A DNA stretch of 61,422 nt from a virus (IMGVR_UViG_3300013126_000033:1-61422); one strand, 5' to 3'. Shown: positions 27,235-37,223, counted from the first letter of the stretch. Numbers and translations: made by a program. The notes: generated from the sequence alone by a model not told the origin.

Positions 27235-27325
27235 ACTCCTGTAGTTTAATGGTAAAACGGCGGATTTATATCCGTAAGCAACAGATAATTGGTTCATCTG
27301 AGTTCGAATCTCAGCAGGAGTACCA
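27235..27325 (+). tRNA. atypical tRNA, 6-nt anticodon loop, undetermined specificity
   Basis: GCGGA-TTTATA-TCCGT, long variable region, canonical D and T arms, CCA. Confidence 0.7.
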
Positions 27326-27377
27326 ATGATTTATTAATGTTACATTACATAAACATATGTAACATTAATATTACAAT

Positions 27378-27466
27378 GCAGGTGTGGTGGAATTGGTATA
27401 CACAACAGACTTAAAATCTGTCGGGAATAAAGTCCCATGAGGGTTCAAGTCCCTCTTCCTGCACCA
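27378..27466 (+). tRNA. tRNA-Leu(TAA)
   Basis: long variable arm, CCA. Confidence 0.9.
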
Positions 27467-27527
27467 AATAATTGTTTACTTTAATTAATATATGTGTTAT
27501 AATGTACATATAAATTAAAGGAATAAT

Positions 27528-27743
27528 ATGTCTTTAGAAGTTATTAAAGAAGTTACAGTGTGGAAAGTTGATTTTCGTCAACCAAATCACATATATCTAA
27601 TGGAAGGTTCTAGACCCATAGCATATCAAAAATGGGGTGAAGGTGATCCAATTTATTATAGTAATAAACAAAAATTAGATAAACGTTATCGTAAATTTAT
27701 TACTATACCATTAAAGGATAGTGTGTTTAAGGATATATCATGA
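27528..27743 (+). CDS. hypothetical early protein
   Basis: early promoter at 27475, RBS. Confidence 0.55.
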   Translation: MSLEVIKEVTVWKVDFRQPNHIYLMEGSRPIAYQKWGEGDPIYYSNKQKLDKRYRKFITIPLKDSVFKDIS

Positions 27744-28018
27744 GTAAATATTTTGAATTAAAACGCCTTTCTTGGGGTGATGATTTAGATGGATTAACAT
27801 TAGAAAAGGCTAAAGACTATATTGATGGTCTAATTGCAACATTTAATTCCGATGCTAAATTAGTAATAGAATATGAATGGGAAGGTGTTAATTTTCTTAT
27901 TGAAGTAGAACGTGAAGCAACATTAGAAGAAAAAGAAGCAGATAGAATTAAGAAAGAAAAGAAAGAAAAAGCTGACCGGGTTAAATTTGATAAACTAAAA
28001 GCTGAATACGGTTGGTAA
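27740..28018 (+). CDS. hypothetical protein
   Basis: ATGA coupling. Confidence 0.5.
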   Translation: MSKYFELKRLSWGDDLDGLTLEKAKDYIDGLIATFNSDAKLVIEYEWEGVNFLIEVEREATLEEKEADRIKKEKKEKADRVKFDKLKAEYGW

Positions 28019-28046
28019 TAAATAGAAATTATTAACAGAGGTTATC

Positions 28047-28610
28047 ATGGAACTAAGAATTCTTGGACTAGATATATCAGGACAACCCTTTAAGTGGTTG
28101 ACAGCTGAAGAAGCCGTACATTACTATGCATCAAATAAAGTAGTGTGGGATCTAGGTGAAGACTTACAAACGTTCCATGGTGGCTTTCAAAACAGTGGCG
28201 AACAATCTACTATTGCGGTTAAACCTATCATTGCTGTAAAAGGTGAAACTAAAAGATCGTACGAAAGAGCTACTATCAATACACATGGTAACTACTTGTT
28301 ATTCCGTAGAGATCATCATCTATGTGCATACTGTGGGTCAGAATATGCTCCATCAGAATTAACTAGAGACCATGTTCATCCAAGAAGTCGTGGTGGTTCT
28401 AATGATTGGGTTAACTCAGTAACTGCATGTAAAACATGTAATATGAGAAAAGCTAATAAAACACCAGAAGAAGCTGATATGCATCTATTGTTTGTACCAT
28501 ACAGACCATGTAGATGGGAACACTTTATTCTACAGAATAGAAATGTTATAGCTGACCAAATGGAATACCTTAAAGCTAAGCTTCCAAAATACTCTAGGTA
28601 TGCTGCATAA
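28047..28610 (+). CDS. HNH endonuclease (McrA-like)
   Basis: RDHHLCAYCG, TRDHVHPRSRGG, TACKTCN. Confidence 0.9.
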   Translation: MELRILGLDISGQPFKWLTAEEAVHYYASNKVVWDLGEDLQTFHGGFQNSGEQSTIAVKPIIAVKGETKRSYERATINTHGNYLLFRRDHHLCAYCGSEYAPSELTRDHVHPRSRGGSNDWVNSVTACKTCNMRKANKTPEEADMHLLFVPYRPCRWEHFILQNRNVIADQMEYLKAKLPKYSRYAA

Positions 28611-28806
28611 GAATTGTTAAATTTTTGTTAAAAATCTCTTTTAGTTATTAAATATTTAATAAAGGAGATTTTTAATGATACTAACAGAACTTTGGTTTTT
28701 CCAACTAATAGGTAGTTTAATATTAATTTGGGCTATATTAATTTAATTGTTTACATTAATTAAAACTTGTGGTATAATGACTTTATTAAATCAATAAGGG
28801 TTGTTA

Positions 28807-29288
28807 TGTATAAGTGTAAAGAACATGCAATTGCTACAGAAATTATAGTTAAATACCATAAAAGATATAAAAGAAATAATTATAAGAAAAAAGATATTAT
28901 TTCTAATTATATGGATTTTAAAGTTGAAAGGTTAGTTGAAGAATCACTGGCCAATGTTGGTGGGTATGAATGGGTTGATAAGGCTCACTTTGACTTTTCT
29001 GATTTAAGTGATAGTAAAACTGCTAGTATATCTATCAACCCTTCAAAAGCTGGTAGTAGTTATTGTGGTGAAATCACTAATGTTAGTGGTAAAATGGGTG
29101 CTTTAAGAGTAGTTATTTGGAACCCACATAAAGCAGAATTACTTTATTACTTTTTACCAAAATCATTTTGGGAAAATAATGTTACTCGTACTGCCAAAGG
29201 TTTTGGGAAAATCACATTTACTTATAATGTGAATAAAGGTATTATATCTAGGTTTAATGAATATAGAGTTAAGAATTTTTACAATTAG
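28807..29288 (+). CDS. hypothetical protein
   Basis: early promoter at 28750; 3' end possibly frameshifted in a T run. Confidence 0.5.
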
Positions 29289-29477
29289 CTAGGGCATAAT
29301 ATGTCAGAACAAATGATTAAATCTAATATCAAGTATTATAAAGCATTACAAGATAAGTATGCTAAACTTTATAAAGATGCTTTAGATAAAGAAATTCAAT
29401 TATTAATTGAATTATCTAAAAATAATATTGTACATTAATTATAGTTTGTGTTATAATTACATTAAGTTAAAAATTAC

Positions 29478-29554
29478 GTCCTGATAGCTCAATTGGATAG
29501 AGCCACGGATTTCTACTCCGTAGGTTGGGGGTTCGACTCCCTCTCGGGACACCA
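29478..29554 (+). tRNA. tRNA-Arg(TCT)
   Basis: cloverleaf, CCA; own promoter at 29429. Confidence 0.92.
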
Positions 29555-29572
29555 TATTATGGGAGTGTTATT

Positions 29573-30076
29573 ATGACTATTGAATTTAAAGCATGGCCAA
29601 AAATTCCAAGACTGTATAATGAGAAGATCTTTATCACAGAAAAGATTGATGGTACTAATGCTTGTATCATAATTGATGAAGAAGGTAACTTTGGATGTCA
29701 ATCTCGCTCTAGGATTATCACCCCAGATGACGATAACTACGGATTTGCTCGATGGGCATATGATAATAAAGAAGATCTAATGAAACTGGGACATGGTCAT
29801 CACTACGGTGAATGGTGGGGTCTTGGAATTCAACGTAATTATGATATGAAAGAAAAGCGATTTAGTCTGTTTAATACTGCTCGTTGGAACACAGAAGGTC
29901 AAGTTAAACCAGATTGTTGTCATGTAGTTCCAATGATTGAAGGTACGATCGAAGAAGCATTGGAAACATTAAAGACAAAAGGTTCTTTTGCATCTCCTGG
30001 ATTTATGAGAGTTGAAGGTATTATCGTTTATAACAGTTTAGCTAAAAGTTATTATAAAGTAATTATTGACAAGTGA
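29573..30076 (+). CDS. RNA ligase (Rnl2-like nucleotidyltransferase)
   Basis: TEKIDGTN, QSR, YGEW, EGIIV. Confidence 0.85.
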   Translation: MTIEFKAWPKIPRLYNEKIFITEKIDGTNACIIIDEEGNFGCQSRSRIITPDDDNYGFARWAYDNKEDLMKLGHGHHYGEWWGLGIQRNYDMKEKRFSLFNTARWNTEGQVKPDCCHVVPMIEGTIEEALETLKTKGSFASPGFMRVEGIIVYNSLAKSYYKVIIDK

Positions 30077-30085
30077 GGTATAATT

Positions 30086-30271
30086 ATGTTTTGGACTTTA
30101 ATTTTGTTTGCACACGCTGGTATGATGACTGACAACGATTCAATGGCACTTACTCGTGTTGAAGGATTTAAATCGCAACAAGAGTGTATAGCAGCAGGCA
30201 CGGAATCGCAGAAGATGGCGAAAATGACAACTAAAGTTATTAAATTTACATGTGTGAAAGTGGAGAAATAA
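30086..30271 (+). CDS. small exported protein
   Basis: hydrophobic N-terminus, two Cys. Confidence 0.5.
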   Translation: MFWTLILFAHAGMMTDNDSMALTRVEGFKSQQECIAAGTESQKMAKMTTKVIKFTCVKVEK

Positions 30272-30840
30272 TGAAGATTACATTGAGAAAAGCTAATGCA
30301 CTACAACAAAATATCAACGAAACTCTTCGTGGTATCCGTTTAGAACCAACTGTAACCATTACAGAGTTTGAAGATGTAGTAACTAAGATTGATCAAGCAA
30401 ATGAATTGATCTTCAATGAAGTTAATCGTCAAGTAGATCTAAACTTGGCACTATATACAATCCGTGGTTTGGTTGGTCAAGCTAATGCGGCAGAAATCGA
30501 TGGTTTGTTAACACAAATCGCCCATAACGAAAAGATGATTGCTTTAAATAATCATCTAGTTACTACACCAAAACGAGTAGCATTGGATGTATTAAAAGGT
30601 AAACTTGAGAAGATCAAGACTACACCAAAGGACAATATTCGTTCTGTGTATAGTCGTGATGAAGAAGTAAGCACTGGTGTTTTCAGTGATGACGCTTTCA
30701 AAGCATTTAAAGCTACAATCTTAAAATTGAAGAAAGAGAAACAAAAGCTTCAAGATAAAGTCTTGGAATTAAATATCAAAACTGAAATTGAATTGCCTAC
30801 AGAAGTAGTGGCAATCCTACAGGGTGAAGATTTGATTTAA
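30271..30840 (+). CDS. coiled-coil protein, DIP1984-like
   Basis: MKITLRKANAL...IRGLVGQAN...KQKLQDKVLELNIKTEIEL resembles that family (by eye). Confidence 0.5.
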   Translation: MKITLRKANALQQNINETLRGIRLEPTVTITEFEDVVTKIDQANELIFNEVNRQVDLNLALYTIRGLVGQANAAEIDGLLTQIAHNEKMIALNNHLVTTPKRVALDVLKGKLEKIKTTPKDNIRSVYSRDEEVSTGVFSDDAFKAFKATILKLKKEKQKLQDKVLELNIKTEIELPTEVVAILQGEDLI

Positions 30841-30873
30841 GTTTTTCTGGTAGGTTTACTTATAAAATCTACC

Positions 30874-31116
30874 CAGATGAAGGAAAGAAAAAGGAAAGAG
30901 CATCTATCGATGATATGGAACCTAGTTCCTATTACCGATGACTAATTTTAGCTCCCACAGCTAATAACGTCCTGAAAACGTTCTTCGTGTTCCAGTTAAA
31001 CATACTATTTGTCTATTGCTACTGGGTATATGAGGGTTTTGCATATTGTAGGTTGCAGGTTGTCTAGAGTTATTCTATGCACATTGTCCTGCTTTTTACT
31101 TACTTTTCTTTGTCTG
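30874..31116 (+). ncRNA. ~240-nt RNA with long closing stem and TTGYNNN heptamer repeats
   Basis: 30874-30902 pairs with 31090-31116; heptamers at 31009-31090. Confidence 0.6.
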
Positions 31117-31121
31117 TTATT

Positions 31122-31195
31122 GCGGGTATGGTGTAGTGGTAACATTACAGTCTTCCAAACTGTTGTCACGGGTTCGAACCCCGTTACCCGCTCCA
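31122..31195 (+). tRNA. tRNA-Gly(TCC)
   Basis: cloverleaf, CCA. Confidence 0.93.
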
Positions 31196-31201
31196 AACAT
31201 T

Positions 31202-31278
31202 GTCCTGATAACTCACTAGGTTGAGAGTGCCGTGCTCATAACGCGGGAGGCAGGGTTCGAATCCCTGGCGGGACACCA
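31202..31278 (+). tRNA. tRNA-Met(CAT)
   Basis: cloverleaf, CCA. Confidence 0.85.
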
Positions 31279-31296
31279 ATTTATTATGGAATTTAT

Positions 31297-31539
31297 ATGA
31301 ACTATACAATACCAACACAAAAGCATATAATCAATATGCCACCAAACTCTATTCAAACTGCAGAGTTATGGATCCCTCAAGGTATATCATATTCTTTTGT
31401 TGTGGTAGAATACATAGATTCTAATAATAAAGTAGTAAAATCCAGACTGGAAACACAAAGAAATATTCATGACCAGTATGGAAACATTCAATATTCAGAC
31501 CCATGGTTTGAAGTCCCTCGTATTCAACGACCAATCTAA
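31297..31539 (+). CDS. hypothetical protein
   Basis: ORF. Confidence 0.45.
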   Translation: MNYTIPTQKHIINMPPNSIQTAELWIPQGISYSFVVVEYIDSNNKVVKSRLETQRNIHDQYGNIQYSDPWFEVPRIQRPI

Positions 31540-31550
31540 GGAGATATATA

Positions 31551-31805
31551 ATGCAATTACTTGATCAAGACCGTAAGAAAATTAAAGATGCAATGCAAGA
31601 AGCTTCTAATAGCTTTATTCGTATTGATGCTGAGCGAGACTTAGTTAAAAATATCATTGCCGATTTAAATGATGCTTACAAAATCCCAAAGAAAACAATT
31701 AATAAGATGATTAAAGTTTACCACAAAAATTCATTCCAAGAAGAAGTAGCAGAAGCAGATGAGTTTGAAACTCTTTATGAAACTGTTACTGGATCATCAA
31801 ATTAA
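31551..31805 (+). CDS. T4 DsbA-like dsDNA-binding protein
   Basis: KMIKVYHKNSFQEEVAEADEFETLYE. Confidence 0.75.
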   Translation: MQLLDQDRKKIKDAMQEASNSFIRIDAERDLVKNIIADLNDAYKIPKKTINKMIKVYHKNSFQEEVAEADEFETLYETVTGSSN

Positions 31806-31873
31806 AAATATGTTTACTTTAATTAAGGCATGATATATAATAACACATCAAGTCAAAAATTAAGGACTAAATT

Positions 31874-32998
31874 ATGGCATCAGAATTTCAAATGGAAAAG
31901 AAACGTGCACGTGTTGAACGTGCACAGGAAAAATTAGCAGGTGGTGGCGCGCCAGTAGTAACACAAGAAAACTATCGTATTGATTTGATGGTTGCATTGT
32001 GTTATTATAATGCTAATATGGAAAACAAAGAACGTGTTAAAACTGTAATGAATTATCTAAAGAAAAACAATAAACCATATTATGATGTATTATCAAATGC
32101 ACCAGATTATGAATTTATGACATTAGGTTCTTTACTTACAATTAAAAACAAAGGTGAATACTTATCTGATGAAGATAATTCACGTATTCAGTCAAAGTTG
32201 GACTTCTTGTTCGAGAAGTATAAAGCTAAACAAGCAGCTGTTCAAGTTGAAGACACTACACCAAAAGCTCCAGTAATATCTGTTGAGCAACGTGTCATTG
32301 AATCAGCAAGAAAACAATCTGAAGAGATTGACTATGCTATTGATGCTTTCTTTAAGAACAAGAAGTCTGACTTTTCCACTAAAACATTCTTATCTTCTAA
32401 TGGAATTTCTGGTGCCGTAGCTAAACGTATTGGTGAATATTATAAATCAACTTTATCTGAACTTGATGAAGCAATGGTAGGTAAGGATGAACAATTAGTT
32501 GAAGCATATTCATTCTTGACTAAAACTGAACTGAAACGTTTTAGAGACTTTATTGCATCTATTATTGAGGATTGTACAAATGCTTCACTTGCAGCTAAAT
32601 CTGCTCGTGCACCTCGAGTTAAGAAAGCTAAACCACCAGCAAAACAAGTTGAAAAACTAAAATACTTATTGGAATTTACTGAACTTGGACTTAAATCAGT
32701 GCACCCAACTAAAATTGTAGGTGCGCAACAATTATGGGTATATAATACTAAGAATAAGAAACTTGGAGTTTACTATTCCAGTGGACCAGCAGGGTTTAGT
32801 GTTAAGGGTTCATCAATTCTTGGATGGGATCCTGAAACAAGTTCTCAAAACGGTTTACGTAAACCGGCAGACGTCTTACCTAAGGTACTAGAAGGTGGTA
32901 AGATCGTTCTCAATAAACTATTGTCAACATTGACTACTATCAATACCAAAATGAATGGTCGAATTAATGCTGATACTATCTTAGTGAGGGTATTATAA
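31874..32998 (+). CDS. conserved T4-like hypothetical protein
   Basis: LWVYNTKNKKL, NGRINADTIL; early promoter at 31813. Confidence 0.6.
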   Translation: MASEFQMEKKRARVERAQEKLAGGGAPVVTQENYRIDLMVALCYYNANMENKERVKTVMNYLKKNNKPYYDVLSNAPDYEFMTLGSLLTIKNKGEYLSDEDNSRIQSKLDFLFEKYKAKQAAVQVEDTTPKAPVISVEQRVIESARKQSEEIDYAIDAFFKNKKSDFSTKTFLSSNGISGAVAKRIGEYYKSTLSELDEAMVGKDEQLVEAYSFLTKTELKRFRDFIASIIEDCTNASLAAKSARAPRVKKAKPPAKQVEKLKYLLEFTELGLKSVHPTKIVGAQQLWVYNTKNKKLGVYYSSGPAGFSVKGSSILGWDPETSSQNGLRKPADVLPKVLEGGKIVLNKLLSTLTTINTKMNGRINADTILVRVL

Positions 32999-33305
32999 TG
33001 TCTAAATGGAAAGTACAATTTGGTATTGGTGCTTCATGTTTTGAAGATAGCTTTGAAGCTGATGAATATGAAACAACATCTTCTGGGTGGTTAATGTTTT
33101 ATAAAATATCGTGGTCTTCTGATGGAGTTAATAAGCGTAAACACACTGTGGCAATGTATAACACCACAGATATTAGAGCTATAATGGGAGATTAAATGAC
33201 TAATCCGTTATGTAATAGGTTTGCTGATCCATATTATGGATATGACGTAAAGGTAATCATTACACCCAAAAAGACTAAGCCTAAGAAGGCTAAAAAGGAT
33301 AAGAA

Positions 33306-33647
33306 ATGACACCAGAACAATTTGCTTATTGGTTACAAGGCTTTGCAGAAATTCATAACTCTGCACCTACTACGCAGGAATGGACTATCATTAAGGATCA
33401 TCTTGCTACAGTTTTTAAAAAGATAACACCTGATAGACAACCTTATCCGCTTGGTCCAGGCGTTGCAGAACCTTACCGCGGTCCAGTAAACCCAATGATT
33501 AACCCAATTGGCCCATATGTAACACCCGCACCTTGGGTTACAAGTCCAACTTGGCCAGGTACCAAACCAGAAATTATTTGTTCTGCATCAGTTAATGATG
33601 CAGGTGGTATGGGATTCAGTGGTATTAAAATTGAGGATTTAAAATGA
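33306..33647 (+). CDS. hypothetical protein
   Basis: MTPEQFAYWLQGFAE pattern. Confidence 0.55.
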   Translation: MTPEQFAYWLQGFAEIHNSAPTTQEWTIIKDHLATVFKKITPDRQPYPLGPGVAEPYRGPVNPMINPIGPYVTPAPWVTSPTWPGTKPEIICSASVNDAGGMGFSGIKIEDLK

Positions 33648-34540
33648 TTATCCTAGATTATAGTCAAATTGCACTTAGCAATATATTACCATTTCAGAAT
33701 GACATTAAACGACAGTCTCCAGAAGAGATTAAAAACTTAATCCGTCATACAACATTATCAACTATTAAATCTTATAAAAAGAAATATAGTAAAGAATATG
33801 GTCAACTAGTTGTTGCATGTGATGGCCAAAATTACTGGCGTCGTACTGCTTTTGCTCCTTATAAGGCAGGTCGTAAAGCTCATAGAGAAAAATCTGACCT
33901 TGATTGGAAAACTATTTTTGAAACTCTATCAGAACTACGCCAAGACTTAATTGATCATTTCCCATATAAAGTTATTCATGTTGATACAGCAGAAGCAGAT
34001 GATGTTATTGCTTGTCTAACAAAATATACCCAGGATAATGAGTTAACACAAGATGGGTTATATGATGCAAAACAAAAGGTATTGATTGTATCATCAGATA
34101 AAGACTTTATCCAATTACAGAAATATGATAATGTTAGACAGTGGTCGCCTATGCAAAAGAAATTTGTGCAAGGTTCAGCAAAAGATGTTAGAGAATATAC
34201 TATCCAACATATTGTTAAAGGTGATACCGGTGACGGCATTCCTAATATCCTTTCAGCTGATAATACATTCATTGATAAAGAACGTCAAAAACCTATTTCA
34301 TCTAAACGTCTAGTTGAATTCTTTGAAAAAGGAATTGATGCTTGTAAAAATGATGATGAACGTAGGAACTATCAACGTAATCAAATGTTAGTTAACTTTG
34401 AATCTATACCAGAAACACTTTATAATTCTATCATAAGTACATATCAGAATTCTACACCTAAGGGTGACAGAAATTCTATTATGAACTATTTGATTAAACA
34501 CCAATGCCGACTATTGTTGGATGACCTAGAGGACTTTTAA
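33644..34540 (+). CDS. rnh: T4 RNase H (5'-3' exonuclease)
   Basis: YWRR..F..YK, EADDVI, SSDKDFIQL, KGDTGDGIPN. Confidence 0.95.
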   Translation: MIILDYSQIALSNILPFQNDIKRQSPEEIKNLIRHTTLSTIKSYKKKYSKEYGQLVVACDGQNYWRRTAFAPYKAGRKAHREKSDLDWKTIFETLSELRQDLIDHFPYKVIHVDTAEADDVIACLTKYTQDNELTQDGLYDAKQKVLIVSSDKDFIQLQKYDNVRQWSPMQKKFVQGSAKDVREYTIQHIVKGDTGDGIPNILSADNTFIDKERQKPISSKRLVEFFEKGIDACKNDDERRNYQRNQMLVNFESIPETLYNSIISTYQNSTPKGDRNSIMNYLIKHQCRLLLDDLEDF

Positions 34541-34541
34541 T

Positions 34542-34958
34542 ATGGCAAAATTTTTAACAGAAATTTTAGATGAAATTAATGATGATGTAAAGAAGATTAA
34601 TTCTTATAAAGATGATCAAGCATTACGTTATGTATTTGAATACGCATTTGATAAAGATAAGAAAATGGATCTACCAGCTGGTGATCCCCCATTTAAACCA
34701 GATGGTGCACCAGATTTTGGTATGGCACCAGCAAACTTACGTATGGAAACTAAAAAGTTTTATGTGTACCTACGTAAAGATCTTAAACCAATCCGTAAAG
34801 AACAATTGTTTATTAGTTTATTAGAAGCAGTTCACCCTAAAGAAGCAAAACTATTAATTGCTATTAAAGACCAAAAACTAGATAAACTTTATAAAAAGAT
34901 CACTAGGAAACTACTTGAAGGAACTGGGTTTATTAAAACTGAAACTAAAGAAAAATAG
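34542..34958 (+). CDS. conserved T4-like hypothetical protein
   Basis: LPAGDPPF, LLEAVHPKEA. Confidence 0.6.
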   Translation: MAKFLTEILDEINDDVKKINSYKDDQALRYVFEYAFDKDKKMDLPAGDPPFKPDGAPDFGMAPANLRMETKKFYVYLRKDLKPIRKEQLFISLLEAVHPKEAKLLIAIKDQKLDKLYKKITRKLLEGTGFIKTETKEK

Positions 34959-35017
34959 TTGTTTACATTAAATACAAACTGTGATATAATTATACTATTA
35001 AATCAAAAGGAACATAA

Positions 35018-35386
35018 GTGAAATACGAACACCCATTTAAACAAGTAGAAGATTTTTTAGTAGCATTTGATCAAACGGTTGACTCAGATAATGATAAACA
35101 ACGTGTTTTATATGCAAAATTAGTATCAGAAGAGTTTGCAGAATTCCTTCAAGCTTATTTTGAAAAAGATAATGTTGAACAATTAGATGCAGTATGTGAC
35201 CTAATTTGGGTACTGGTTGGATATGCTAAATCTCGTGGTTGGGATATTGGGGGTGCGTTTGATGAAGTTGCTCGTAGTAATATGTCAAAACTTGACCCTG
35301 AAACTGGTAAACCAATCAAACGTGAAGATGGTAAAGTATTAAAAGGTGCTAATTTCTTTAGACCTGAATTGGAAAAATATCTATAA
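35018..35386 (+). CDS. MazG-like NTP pyrophosphohydrolase
   Basis: EEFAE, DAVCDL, EVARSNMSK, REDGKVLK. Confidence 0.85.
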   Translation: MKYEHPFKQVEDFLVAFDQTVDSDNDKQRVLYAKLVSEEFAEFLQAYFEKDNVEQLDAVCDLIWVLVGYAKSRGWDIGGAFDEVARSNMSKLDPETGKPIKREDGKVLKGANFFRPELEKYL

Positions 35387-35898
35387 TGCTTAAAATTTAC
35401 TTAGACATGGATGGTGTATTAACAAACTTTGATAAAGAATATGTCAAAGTTAACGGTATGCCACCTTCTCTTGCTAGACGTGATAGTAAGGGTACAGATA
35501 ATATGTGGGATAAATTTGTACTAAGTAACAGTTTTGAAAAATTAGATTATTGGCCAGGTGCTGAACTATTACTTAAAGTTGTAGCACAACTAGCAACTGA
35601 CCCAGATGTTAAGGTTGAAATATTATCTTCATCTGGTGGTACTAAGTATCATGATAGTGTAACAGCACAAAAAACTAAGTGGCTTAAAGATCATGATATT
35701 ACATATAAGGCTAATATTGTTGCTGGTAGATCTAAAAAGAAAAACTATGCTGATAAGAATTCAGTATTGATTGATGATACTGAAGATGTTATTGAATCAT
35801 TTACAGCTGCTGGTGGATATGCTATTCTACATAAAGATGTATATGATACAATCCAAAAATTAATGATGATATATAAAGAGGTGAAAAATGGATTATAA
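35386..35898 (+). CDS. HAD-family 5'(3')-nucleotidase
   Basis: LDMDGVL, LIDD. Confidence 0.85.
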   Translation: MLKIYLDMDGVLTNFDKEYVKVNGMPPSLARRDSKGTDNMWDKFVLSNSFEKLDYWPGAELLLKVVAQLATDPDVKVEILSSSGGTKYHDSVTAQKTKWLKDHDITYKANIVAGRSKKKNYADKNSVLIDDTEDVIESFTAAGGYAILHKDVYDTIQKLMMIYKEVKNGL

Positions 35899-36091
35899 TT
35901 TACTTGGTAAATCAGTAGTAACTATTTTTGGTATTGCAATCTTTGCTGTTATTGTGGTTAATTTATTGCTTTGGATTGTTGCAAACTTTTCACCAATGGT
36001 TCTAGCAGGTATTCTTATCACAGTTTTAATGGGATTGCTTATTGCTATTGACTATGAGCGCCGCAAATTCTTGAAAGCTTGCGGCAAGTGA
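35888..36091 (+). CDS. small membrane protein
   Basis: two TM segments. Confidence 0.5.
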   Translation: MDYNLLGKSVVTIFGIAIFAVIVVNLLLWIVANFSPMVLAGILITVLMGLLIAIDYERRKFLKACGK

Positions 36092-36627
36092 ATATCTTTA
36101 TTCTAGACCGCAGTCCAGCAATTGCTGCACAATATCATGTAGACAAGCATTGTGTTAAGATGATTTTAGAGTCTGCACAACTCTTGTCTACAGCTCATCG
36201 TATTGTTGATGGAATAGAGACAACAACAATATCTCAATCTAATCGTAGAAAACGCGTCTGGCACCTTCCAGATCATCGTCAATCTATTTTGTATGATGCA
36301 ACACACGTTAATCACCCTTGTGCAATATGGGCTAGAACTTCTAAAGACAATTACTTATGGTTATATCAACTATTTGTAGCTCTATGTAAGGAATACACGT
36401 ATCGATATGAAAAAGTTCATAAGTGTGAGAGTAGTCTTATGTTTAATCAGTTGTCATATCCTCCGTCAGGAATAAGCACTGGTCCTATGTCAGAACCTGC
36501 ATTAGCAATGCCAGATCAGTACAAAGTACTAGGCGACTCAGTTCAATCTTACCGCAACTATTACAATGGTGAAAAGCAAAGAATGTTTGCTTGGAAAAAT
36601 AGACCCACCCCAGATTGGATTAAATGA
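36088..36627 (+). CDS. pyrimidine-dimer DNA glycosylase-like protein
   Basis: NIFILD, DKHCVKMILESAQLLSTAH, HVNHPC. Confidence 0.75.
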   Translation: MNIFILDRSPAIAAQYHVDKHCVKMILESAQLLSTAHRIVDGIETTTISQSNRRKRVWHLPDHRQSILYDATHVNHPCAIWARTSKDNYLWLYQLFVALCKEYTYRYEKVHKCESSLMFNQLSYPPSGISTGPMSEPALAMPDQYKVLGDSVQSYRNYYNGEKQRMFAWKNRPTPDWIK

Positions 36628-37223
36628 AGATAATTTCTTTTTATACCGGTCATTATGAATGGGATGCTAAACAACTTATTAAATCAATGAATAAGTTGGG
36701 TATGTCTAACTATATCGTTGAATATAAAGACCGCATTGGATCTTGGGAACGAAATACCCAGATGAAAGCTAGGTTCATTCTAGAGAAATTACAAAATGAA
36801 GATGCAGTTGTTTGGACTGATGCTGATTCACGTATTCACCAAATCCCATCTTTATTTGATACTATAATTGATGATATTGGTATTTTCTATTTACCAAAAG
36901 AACTGGCAGGTGAGTTTACGTTACCAGACCATGCTTGTATTAAAGATGTAGAGTATTATTTGCAGTCTGGTACTATGTACTTTAAGAATAATACTAGAGT
37001 TATTAAACTATTAGAACGATGGATAGAATTAAATGATGAAGATCCTAGACAGTGGGACCAATGGACTTTACAAAAAGCTATAATTGAAAGTGACGTTTCT
37101 ATTACCCAATTACCACCAGAATACATTTGGATTGATGGTATTAGTATGCAGGTCTATGGAAATAGAATACCAGTCATTGAACATCTTCAGGCAAGTCGAA
37201 AATATAAGAATAAAATAGTATAA
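36624..37223 (+). CDS. nucleotide-diphospho-sugar transferase
   Basis: VWTDAD (DxD), SGTMYF, WDQ. Confidence 0.7.
   Translation: MKIISFYTGHYEWDAKQLIKSMNKLGMSNYIVEYKDRIGSWERNTQMKARFILEKLQNEDAVVWTDADSRIHQIPSLFDTIIDDIGIFYLPKELAGEFTLPDHACIKDVEYYLQSGTMYFKNNTRVIKLLERWIELNDEDPRQWDQWTLQKAIIESDVSITQLPPEYIWIDGISMQVYGNRIPVIEHLQASRKYKNKIV

Noticed and set aside
31005-31224. ORFs 31009-31224 (+) and 31005-31196 (-)
   Set aside because: Overlap tRNA-Gly and the repeat RNA; non-ATG or antisense starts.
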